Shown here: positions 44,401 to 56,400 of the stretch, piece after piece
Numbering within the stretch: the first letter of the stretch is position 1
How the letters are laid out: each line of letters begins with the position of its first letter
Source of the DNA: Camelus dromedarius
Lineage: Eukaryota
Direction: 5' to 3'
DNA length: 64,000 bases
Assembly: GCF_036321535.1 (NCBI RefSeq)
Contig: NC_087437.1
Coordinates: forward strand, 18,354,001 to 18,418,000
Position numbers and translations under genes: made by a program
Notes under the pieces: generated by a model
Told to the model about the DNA's origin: nothing
What the model saw: only the letters and a program-made list of their open reading frames with translations
Databases searched by the model: none

Positions 44401-47400
44401 GGAGATAACTGCTGACATTGGAAAATAATCTTTTTAATGTTTAATGTTAATGGTAGTTGTTTAGGGAGGGATTGCATTTGGGAATACCTTTTTCCTTTTA
44501 TTCATTTTATAAGTTGTTTGAGCATGCGTTATTTTTATAATAGGGAAAATGGAAGTAAACTTTAATAAAGTTAGTAAAGCAGTGGAGAAAATCTTGTAGA
44601 GTTAGTTTTATCATGTTAAAATATCTCTGGTCTGTCCCATCAAGAACTTGGTTTAGATACCATCTTTTGTTACATGCATCTAGTGGTCCCATTTTGGTGA
44701 GTTTCTTTTCTGCATTGTAACACCTTGGGCTTTTGACTGGTATTTAGGAAGACATTAGTAATAAGGTCGAGGTTCAGAGACAGTTATTCAAGCAGAAATC
44801 TTGGAACAAAAGGGGAGAGTAGTAGTTGTTCTGAATGAAGAGGAAGGCAAGATAGGATGCCAGAACTTCCATCTGTTCCCGTGCCCTGGTGGTGGGGGTC
44901 TCAGCCTGAGGGTGATCTGGTTGCAGTCAGTGCCACACCGTTAGTCATCGTGGACAGCTCTTAGGTTGCCTCAGATCCACCTTCAGAATATTTAGAATCT
45001 GGTTAGAAAGTAAAATAGATGAGCTCAGGTATAGAGTCATTAATACAACTGATTTTTTAATATTAAAAATAAACTAGATCCTTAACTGGAAGGAAAGGAA
45101 ATGGTATAAGAACATTTAATGGGCCAGTTGACAGAATTGGAATATGGACTGTAGATCCAGTTAAAGTATTGTTTTAGTGTCAATTTCTCTGAATTTGATA
45201 ACTGTGGTTACCTAAGAGAATATCCTTGTTCTTAGGAAATACACATTGAAGCATTAAGGGTAAAGTGTCATGATGCTTGCATTCTACTTTCAAATGGTTC
45301 AGAAGAAGATAAATAATGTGGATATGGGTGTGTAGAATGAGAGAGATAATGATAAAACAAATATTGCAACAGATTAGAAATTGGTGAATCTGGGGGGAAA
45401 AAATGTGGAAGTTCCTTATTTAGTCTTGCTGCTTTGTAAGTTTGAACTCATTTCAGAATAAAAAGTTTTTTTAAAACTCCACATGTGTACCCTTCTTCAA
45501 AATGTCATCTTGAAAGTCACTGCCCTTTTTCTCAGTAAGTCAGTCTGAATTGCTTAAGACGTTTCTAGAATCCACTTGAAAGATGGTCTTTTAAGCATTC
45601 ATTGGTGGTGGTGAATCAGTTCTCTAAGGTTTGAATTTTTAGAAACCATCAAAACCTATTTTCAGCCAAGTATCATAAATAAAGTTGTCAAACTAATGTA
45701 TGCTACTTTAGGTATAAAATGTGATATAAGTATAAAAGTACAAGGCTATTTTGCTTGTATGATTGATAGGTAGTCCTGAAAGTAGTTCTAAAAGATGAAC
45801 TCTGCAGCATGTTGATGAGTAAGATTAACAATTTGGAATGAAGGTAGTTCCATTCTAAACCAGCCATATCTCTTCAGAGTCACAGCTCATAAAGAACACC
45901 CCAGATGCATGCACGCTCGAAGCAGGGAGCGGCCCTCTCAGAGGAGGGCGAGGAGAGTGTGGAACTAGGCATTGGGATCCCAAGGGTATGTACAAAACGT
46001 GCACAGAATTAGGGTGTCTCCTGAGTCTTTCAGGACTGCAAAGAAAAGGAAACGAGAGGGCTTATTTTGGTTTTTGGATTTGTGAGAGAATCAGTGTCCT
46101 TGCCCTCGCTCTTCTTAAGGTGATTTTTATGGCTGCCTCACTCCCTGCTTTGTGAACTTTGCTTGGAATTGGGTAAGAGTGGGAAAGAAATCATAGGCAG
46201 TGCCAGGCGTATATGCACTTAGTTTATAAACCTGACTTTAATGTTATTTTTTTCTCCTTTCCAATCACAGCCAATTTTAGAATCAGGAGCTGTAGAGCTA
46301 CTTTGTGGATTAACCCAAAGTGAAAACCCCGCTTTACGAGTGAATGGAATTTGGGCTTTAATGGTATGTTTCACTAAAAGAAGCAGTTATCAGAGTTAAA
46401 ACTAAAGAGTGTATTCACTGAAATGTCTGGAATTTTGTTTTTAAAAAATCTTGCTATTTGGCCCAGTTTTCTAAAGACCTAGGACCTAGAAGACTTCATT
46501 CAGCTTTCAGATTCAAATATAAGCAAGTTACTTGGCCACTGTGTGCCTCAGTTCTCCTATTTATTATTAAGAAAAGTGGGCAGGTGTTGAAATTTGATAT
46601 CTAATTTTAGGAAAAAAGTTTTCCTCATCATGAACATATACTGATATCTTTATAACGCTACCTACTTGACAAAGTACTTTTGCATCTCCTTTATAACATC
46701 TTTTTGAAATAAGCTAGAGAGTATACATAATTACAGGTGAGGTAACTAAGCACAGAGTGGGTAAATAACTTGCCCGAGGTAACAGAGTTGGGGAATAAAT
46801 GCCTAATAATTGCTTAATTGTTTCTAGTAAATAATTTATAATAATCTAAATGCTAAAACCGTGTAACTATGAAGTCAGAGAACCATTTTTCCTTAAAAGT
46901 TTTAAAAATAAAATTTATTGAAATTAAAAATAAAGTAATTCTACATGAAATTTTTAAAACATAATTATAGTAGTTATAATTTAATTACTATGTGCCAGAC
47001 ACCAAGCTAGGTGTTTTACATTTGTTATCTCTAATTTTTATTTTGTATTATATTGATATATATATACCTTACAATTGGGAAACTGGGACTTACAGGGTAA
47101 ATGAATCATCTGAGGCCTCCCAGCTAGTAAGTCATGGAAATGGGTTCTGGACCTGTCCCACGCCCATACTCTTCTCCCCATACGGGGTATATCTGCTGTC
47201 TTTTCACACAAACTTTGGGATGGAAATAATGATCTTCCAAGAAAGCACTGAATTCAGTAGATTCAGTAATTTTTCTCCTTAACTTTGCACCAGCTTTTGG
47301 CAATTCTCTTTCTTGAAACTCTTTCCCACGACTTAATTTTTTTTCACCTCACTTTCTACATAGCCTCCTTTTCAACTTCCTTCTTACGGGACATTCCCCT

Positions 47401-50400
47401 GAGTTTCAGTTCCCAGTTTCCACTTCCCTTTACACTTCAGTTTCTGGAACTTCATCTACTCTCATGGTTTCAACCGCCCCAGTAGAAGAGGTTGCTTTGA
47501 AATATACATATCCAGATGTTCCCTATTCCCCAGATCTGTCACTTAAACGGCTGATGGAACTTCATTTGAGAGCCCCCTGACAAGTACAGTTTTAATATTG
47601 AAAATTGAACTTATCATCCCACTCTTCAGATTTGTATTAACTGTCTTATTCTCATCAATCTCCGTATTACCAGCTATTATGTTCTTGGTCCATAAAGTAT
47701 AAAACCTTGGAATTGTCTGTGGCCTGGGTCTCTTGACACTCAGCATGTCTTAAAGCCTTAATTTTAAAAAGTTCCCGGAGGGCAATAAACACATATTATA
47801 ACAAGTCACTAGTTTGTAAGAGATTTTTATACTAAAAGTTGAGTTATGAGTTATTTGGAACTTGCCTTTTTTTTTCCCCTTCAGACATGTTATTATAGTT
47901 CAGGTTAAGCTAGGGTAACCCATAATGTGTCCAGAAATGAGAAAAATGAGCAAAATACCTGCTGGCCATCTAGGGCTACTAGTAGCTTGGATACACCCCC
48001 TGCCCCCTGGAGAGCTTCCTGTATGATGTGACCCAGCCATATCAGCACCTAGCGTAGACCTGTGAACACAGTAGGTGTTTCATGCCAGTAAAGTTAACAA
48101 AACCCGCTACTTATTTTCATGCATAAAAAGGGGATACCTTTAAGTCTTTGTTCACATGCATGGCACAGTGTACTTAAAGTACACAGAGAGCAGTTAGATA
48201 ACCAGGAGGATATTAACCAAGCTCACGGATACAGAGAACAGATTGGTGGTTGCCAGAGAGGTGGGGGTGCGGGTGGGAGAAATGGTTAAACCATTTTTTT
48301 TTAGTTAAATAAATTGAATTTTTTTAATGTAATAGTAGATTTTGTATTTATTTGAGAAATCTGAAGACATGCAAATGCCATAATCAGAAGTGATCATATT
48401 TCTCATAGAGAAGTGTATATAGGAGTGACAGTTATCTTTCTCTTGACAGAATTATAGGTGATTAATAAGAAGCAGGAAAATAATGTGACTTACCTTTAAG
48501 GATTTTCTACAGATTCTGTTTATAATTATCAGAATTACTATTAAAATATAATTTAATAAAGCAGTGTAGAGACATGATTCTTGAAACTTCTTTAATCCTT
48601 TCAGAATATGGCATTTCAGGCTGAACAAAAAATAAAAGCAGATATTTTACGAAGCTTGAGTACTGAGCAGCTATTCCGGTTATTATCAGATTCAGATTTG
48701 AATGTGCTGATGAAGACGTTGGGACTTCTTAGAAATCTCCTCTCCACTCGCCCTGTAAGTAAAATCACCCAGGTTTCCAGATTAGCTACCCCTGCACATG
48801 CATTACAGAATACATTGCCCTGCCTCTGCTCTCCCATCAGCATCTGCCTGGGAGTGTGATTCAGTGCCGCCCCTTCCCAGAGAAGCAAGGAGTTGACATT
48901 TAGACTTGTCACCTTCATAGACGTTCTAGAAGCTGCTTTGCTATATGCCCACCTGACCCTCCAACTCCTGCACCACCTGTTCTGTCCCCTCCCATTCCTC
49001 TGTGCTGGATGGGAGCCTGCCTTGACTTGTTATTTTATTCTTACTTGGTTCGCTGGCCAGGATGAGTTTTCTCATCTGCCCAAATCACCTATCTCTGGGG
49101 CCTCTGCTTCTTTCCCTTTAGAGAATTCTTCTTGGTGCTATTCCATAAACAGCTCCTCACCGTGCCCACGTTAACTGGATTGACCTCTGAAGGTGTCAGC
49201 CTGGAGAACAGTGGGTATATGTCAGAGCAGGAGAGGCTGAGCCTCGCTGAGGGGTGTTTCTCTCATGTTCCCTGAGCAACAGTGTCAGTGGCCTCAGGCA
49301 GAGAAAGAAACATGGGTGGTTCCCTTCTCTGTGCCCCACTTGTTTCCTGAGTCTTCTCAGTACATTGTGCTCCAAGATAGTATTAGTAAATCTACACCAT
49401 ATTTTCCGTGTCTCTGACTTCTCCCTCTCCCCCATCCATTTTTAGTTTCTATTTTCTTTAATGTCCTTGAACTTGAGGATCCTCAGTGATTGCTGTTCTA
49501 TATTCTATCTGGCTGAGTCTGTGCTCTCTTCATCTTCACATCATCAGCAACAGAAACTGAAGGCAAAATATGGCTTCATAACATAATACAGGCACACCTC
49601 AGAGATATTGTGGGTTTAGTTCCAGACCACTGCAGTAAAGAGAGTCACAAGAATTTTTTGGTTTCCCAGTGCATATAAAAGTTATGTTTACACTATACTG
49701 TCTTCTATTAAGCATATAGTAGCATTCTGTTTAAAAAAACACTAAGTATATACCTTAATTAAAAAATAATGCTGTTGGAAAAATGATGCCAATAGACTTG
49801 CTCAATACAGGGTTGCCACAAACCTTCAATTTGTTAAAAAACAAAACAAACAAACAAAAACCAATATCTACAAAGTGCGATAAATCGAGGTACACTTGTA
49901 AACATTGTTCTTTGGCATCTAGTCCTATATACCATGGTGTTCTCTTTGAAGCAGTTGTGTATTGTTTAACTTTTCGAAGCCTTCTGTTCTTGGTCTAAAA
50001 AGACTTTGTTCTTCAGATGATAATTGTGGATTTCTCATTGTTTTGCAGCACATAGATAAAATAATGAGTACTCACGGAAAGCAAATTATGCAAGCCGTCA
50101 CCCTTATTTTGGAAGGGGAGCATAACATTGAGGTCAAAGAGCAGGTATGTGTTCCTTTTTTTTTTTTCCCTTTTCTGAGGAACATCTGAGTGTGAGTACT
50201 AAGAGATCATAGTTAAGAGTCTCCTGAAATATTCAAGTCAGCAAAAGGCAGGGTGCAGAGATCAGACATGCTGTAGAGACAGATCTGGGGAGAAAGGTTC
50301 TTCACCACCCCTTAAACTCTCTTCAAGAATCCTTACTCTTGGAACAGAAGAAAACATGACCAGAGTCTGGAGTTTTTACCCTCTGTGTCATGTACCGTAG

Positions 50401-53400
50401 ACATTCTCTGTCTCTATGGGGGTCATTCTGATCACCCTGGAGTGAATCCTTTCTCTAGGGTTCACTGTTTCTAGCCCTCTGTATCACCACACTCTGAATT
50501 CAAATTCCTGCAACTCCCTGATGAAATAATTCCTTATGCTGGAGACATTTTTTTCTTTCTTTACCTTCATGAATCCCTGTTCCTTATTTTTATCCCATAC
50601 TCCTACTTTCTACTGTGTTTCAGTAAGGCAGGTTTAGGGTAGGCATAAAAATACAGAGGCTATGCGTTCATTAGGAGACAGTTTGGGAGTGACTCTTCTG
50701 TAGTTCCTGGAATTTATTATATGATTTTGAACATAGTGTGTGTATTATATTTTGTCATAAGAGGAAAAGTCACCTGTAAACTTAAATTTTTAACACAAGA
50801 TCTAAGATAATGGTGACGTTCAGCTTTCTGACATACATGCTGGCTACACAGTGTGTTCACTTTCACCGTTCATGGAGCTATACACTTACATGTATGGGAA
50901 AAACTTGCATGAGGTCATCCCTGGGGAGTTGGACTCAGAGTCTAACTGCAGGGCCTCACTCCTTATCCTCTGTGTTCCTGGGTGAAGAGTAATTCATCAG
51001 GCTTCAGTAGTCCAGGAAGCAAGAGTAGTAGGACTCAGGAGCTGTGATGGGATTTGTGAGCGAAAGAGGTGATAGATCTGACAGAGTGGTTTTAAGACGG
51101 ACGTTATAGGTGAATTTCTCTTGAAAGTCAATAATAAACAAGTATGTTTTTTGATGAACAAAACTTTAACACAGTAAAACTATGATCTTGTAGGCATCAC
51201 TGAATTAGGGCGAATGAGATTCGTTATTGGAACACAACAATAAAGAAGATACAGTGTTCAAAATAAATTAGTCTATCTGGAGAGCATAGAGATTTGTCTA
51301 TAAAAGGCACCTGCATAGAATTGCACTAACTTGAAAGGTGGGGCAAGATTTAGATGAGGGCAAAAGAGAAGACCAACAACAAAATGTGTTTTGGCAGGAT
51401 GCAAATGGTACTCTCTCACACAGATGTGGGTGACGGTCCAGAAGTAGGCGACTGTGGGGAGGCTTAAACTGTCTGGTTTTTAGCTAGAAGTTTAATTCTT
51501 CTCAAAAGTATCAAAAGATAAGTTTTTTTTTTCTTTTTTACTGAGGTATGTTGATATACAATAAGCTACATGTATTTAAAGCATACAGTGTGATAAGTTG
51601 CATGTGTATACGATGGAACAGTCACCATGATCAAGATAGCGAGCATATCTATCACTATCCTTAGATCAGGAGCAAGACAAGTATTCCATTCTTACCCCTC
51701 CTATTCATCGTCATTACTGAAACTACTACCAAGTACAATAAGGCAAGAAAAAGAAAGAAAATGCATACAGATAGAAAAGGGAAAAAGTAAAACTATTCCC
51801 CAGCAACATGGAAGTCTGTCTAGAAAATGCCATCGACTCAGAAAAAAGCTAGCACTAGTCAGTGAGTTAACCAAGGCCTCAAGGTAGAAAAATCAATTGT
51901 ATTTTTATATACTAGCATGAGTAACTAGAAATTGAAACTTTTAAAAAAGTATCCTTTACAGTAGCTCAGAAAAAAATGAAATACTATGTATAAATCTCAC
52001 AAATATGCACAGCTCTGTTTGCTGAAAACTACAAAACACTGATAAAGAAATCTAAGATCTACATAAATAGATGTATCATATTAAAATGTCATTATGTATT
52101 ATGCTTACTTATGTTACTGGGTTCAATTTACTAACATTTGGTGAGGAATGTTTCACATCTATATTCATGATACAGTATATAGTTTTCTTGTGATGTCTTC
52201 GTCTGATTTTGATACGGGGTAATGCTTGCTTCAGGGAATGAGATGGAAGTGTTCTCTCTTCTTCAGTTTTCTGCAAGAAAATTTGCGAAGAAGTGGTCTT
52301 CTTTCTGTCTCAGATTTTGGTGGAATGGACCAATGAAGCCATCTGGACCTGGTGTTTCTTTTGTGGAAAGGTGTTTAGCTACAAATTCAAGTTCTTTTAT
52401 AGAAATAGGATTATTCAGGTTATCTATTTTTTCTTGAGTGAGCTTTGACATTGTGTCTTTCAAGAAATTTGTCCATTTCATCTGTTTTCAAATTTATTAA
52501 TATAAAAGTATTCAAAATATTCTCTTGTGTTTTAAAGTCTAGTATTCTTTGGATTGAACTGTCTTTTGTTCTTTATATTGGTAATTCCTTTTTTCCTGAT
52601 TCAGTTTGACAAGAGGTTTGATAGACAAGAGATTTATCCATTTTTTTTTCTCTTCTCCAAGAAGCAGATTTTGGTTTCATTGATTTCCTCCCCCCTGTTA
52701 TTTTTCTATTACCTATTTCAGGGGTTGGCAAACTGTTTCTACAAAGGGCAAGACAGATATTTTTATGTTTTCCAGGCTACACTGTCTCTGTAGCAACTTT
52801 TCAACTGTGCTGTTCTCAGCTGAAAGCAGGTATAGACAATATGTAAGCAAGTGGACGTGGCTGTCTTCCAGTAAAACTTTTTTTGCCAAAACAGGCATTG
52901 GGTTGTATTTGGCTCACAAGCCATAATTTGACAATTTCTACTCTATTATCATTGATTTCTAGTTGTTCACAGGAGATTGCGTGTGTGTGGCTTTTATCTC
53001 TGCTCCCTAGCTCGTGTATTACATTGGCTTGACCCCAGAACTAACTAGTCTCTTTACGATTTGGTTTCTTGTCTCCATCAGAATATTTACCGTAGGGGTA
53101 TATGGGCTTCAAAAACTGTAGCTCACTCTGCCATGCTGTCAAGCCTGAGGATGCGATGCATAGGTGTATTCTAACACTCCAAGAAGGGGAATCACTTGCC
53201 TATCTTTGCTGACCTAGTCTATTCTGAGGAATGTTTCCTGAAATCCCCTCTTATACTCATTGTCTTAGTGGATAAGAGAGGCGTCGTTCTTCCCTAAGTA
53301 AGTCTAAATTCTTACCCATGGTTACAGTCCAAACTTGTTTTTCCCCCATGCTCTCCCCTCAGTCCTGAAGAATTCAAGGGTATTGTGCATGCCAAGATTT

Positions 53401-56400
53401 CTGACAGGCTCACCACGTACCAGATCACTTTGAAATCTGACATCTTCCTCACATCACCTCTCCCCAACTCCTGGGGCATGTCAGGGTCTCCTCACATGAT
53501 TTAAGTTTCCAGGAATGAATAGTTCCCAGTGCCTTGGAACATAAGATTGCATTTTCTATGTTTCCTGTATCAGAAAGGCAACCTTTTCTGGTTCAGAACT
53601 CACTCCCTAACAGTCTAGTTACTGTAGTATTGTTAACCTAGGAAAAATAAGACCACCCACCCTTTAAGATATCTGAAGGTTTGGACCGTAGTAAGAAAAC
53701 GGTCTCCTCAATTAGCGATAACCTGCATGCTTAACTAGCTTGAGTCTAGGGGAAAAAAAGGTTGAAACTGGAGAAAATTATTTGAATTTAGACCCCTTCC
53801 CCACCTCTCATCACCTTCTTTGAGTGATTCCTTACTGTGCTCCTGGACTCAGTGCCACTTCCTCCAAGAAGCCTTCCCTGACCCTCACATTATCACAAAA
53901 TGCACGTCTTGCTTTCTCAGTTCCGTTTTTACCTCAGTTACACCGGAGTGAGATGGCTTCGAAGTTAGGGAGTGTGTCCTCGTCCTGTCTCACCCTCGTG
54001 TCCTGCGGAGTGGTGGAGGGCATGCATGTTACAGGTGCTCGGCTAGTGTTTGTCTAATTGCTGCAGCTGGTACTGGCGCAGCGGCCCTGTCCCAGTCCTT
54101 TCACCTTTACCTTAGTTCTTGCCTCCTGCTGGTCTGGCTGTGAGAATGTAGCAGGTGACAAGAGCAGTCTCTTCCTCCAGGACCAATGTGGTGATTGTCC
54201 TCAAGATAGACTGTCCTGCCAGCTGGCACTGGCTCCCTCCAGCCTCCAAATTAGGCCAACCTGGAGTAAACTCCTCCACACAATGTGCTTCCCTTTCTGT
54301 TCCTCTAATAGGGTTCAAAAAAGTCAAGAGGTCCTCATTGCATGTGGCTAATGGACAGGGCCCAGGTCTCCCTCCAGAAGGTCATGAGCTTGGAAACCAG
54401 TAGCATTTGGAGGGGGAGGTAGGAGGGGTTGTAACACGTGTGAAGCTTCCACCAAAGAGACTATCTCTTTGAAGAAATCTTGTGGGTTAGTAGCAAGAGC
54501 TTCTCTGTAAAATAAAATTTTCAAGAAAATAATAATAAATTTCATTTTCCCTGTGATTTGTGTGATGAACTCTAAGACATGGCTGCCTTTACCCAGCAGT
54601 GATGGCTTACGCCCAGAAAGAAACCACTGAAACGTTTGGGTTCTCTTTTACCTCAGGGAGATTTTCTTAGGTATGGTTACTTTTGTTGTCAGTGATGTTA
54701 GGAGATACGAAATCAGGGCATTTGGAGTAGAACCTGGGAGAACATGTGCCTCAGGTGGGAAATTGTCCAAGTTCTTGAGAAAGCTTGAGCCTGCGGGCTT
54801 CAGAGCGTTCCTGATCACTGGCCCTCTGTTCTTTTCTAGACACTGTGCATCCTGGCCAACATAGCAGATGGGACAACGGCAAAAGAGCTTATCATGACCA
54901 ACGATGACATCCTGCAGAAAATCAAGTACTACATGGTAGGCCTTTGTCCCTTTCACTGCTTCACACTAGCTGCACGTTAGAAGGCAAGGGCTGTAGCCTT
55001 GTCAGCTCAAACCAGATTGTGCAGAGATTAAACAAAGAATGGACTCCTCTGTAACAGATTCCAGAAGCTCTCTTCCATCCTGAAGAATAAAACACCAGAC
55101 AAGCCCTGGAATCTTGTGCCGTTTGGCAGTGTTACCACCTGCCACGCCCCTCCCCACTCGCTCGTCTGACTGCCTCCCTCTTATACAGTGACGACTCGGG
55201 CTCTTGGCCCTCTGTCGGCGCCCCCTAGCCCCTTCTTCCCTCTCACAGCTTCAGTCCTATATAGCCTCTAGCCTCTGCTACCTCTGGCAGTTGTCCTTTG
55301 ATCAGTCTGCTTTTAATCACAATCTGCTACCTGCTTGCAACACCTCAGCCACCTACTGCCATGGTCATACCCTGGATCTTGTCATCACCAGAAACTGCCC
55401 ATTGTCAAAATCTGGGTATTAAACATCCCTCCTGTTTTCATGCCATCAGTGTCTCTTAGCAAAACCCTAACTGTGGACAAACCTATCTTCTCTTTGCCTG
55501 TGTGTCAGAGTTAACTGCAGAGAAAGGCACAGAACCAGGCTGACTGGTTTCGTGTTAAATTCACATTACATAACCTATAATGAGAAACAGTATGGAAAAG
55601 AATATATGCATATAACTGAAACACTATGCTGTATGCCAGAAATTAACACAGAGTAAACCAAGTATACTTCAATTAAAAAAAAAGTGTATGTATGCCTATC
55701 TCTCTCTCTCTCTCTCTATCTATCTATATATATATATATATACACATACACATACACATACACACACATATATAAATATATATAAAGAGCAATTATAAAA
55801 TCAACAAGGGAAAAAAATTCACATTACAAAAACTGCATGGCGCTCAGCCCTGCCTGGTACCCTCCTGTGATTCTCCACTGGCATCTCCATTCTCCAAAGA
55901 ATAGGTAGTACCTTCTCCTTATTCTTTTTTTTGGGGGGGGGATAATTAGGTTTATTTATTTATTAATTATTATTTTTCATTTAACGGAGGTACTGGGGAT
56001 TGAACCCATGACCTCCTGCTTGCTAAGCATGCGCTCTACCCACTAAGCTGTACCCTCCCCCCTTCCTTATTCTTTAAACCTCACCTCTTCTCTCCCTTAC
56101 CACTCCTAGTGATGACCTCACCTTCTGTACCTTCTGTTTTATTAGGAGACTAAAAGCCAGAGTCCTTCAGTGGCTCCCTATTACACCCTGAATAAACCCT
56201 ACAGCCCACATTTGAAGGCCTGTGAGTTCCTACATGACCTGGCTCATCTACATCCCCAGCTCCTCTCCTTCCCCTCTTCCCTTTGAACTACACTGACTGT
56301 TCCTCACAGAAGCCACGCGTGTTCTTTCCTGCCTCGGGACCTTCACACATGATGGCTCCTCTGCCTGGAACACTTCTCTCCCCACTCCTTCATGGGGCAC

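Noticed and set aside
48168..48184. Perfect inverted repeat gtgtactt-a-aagtacac
   Set aside because: 8-bp arms are about chance level in 64 kb, with no supporting context.
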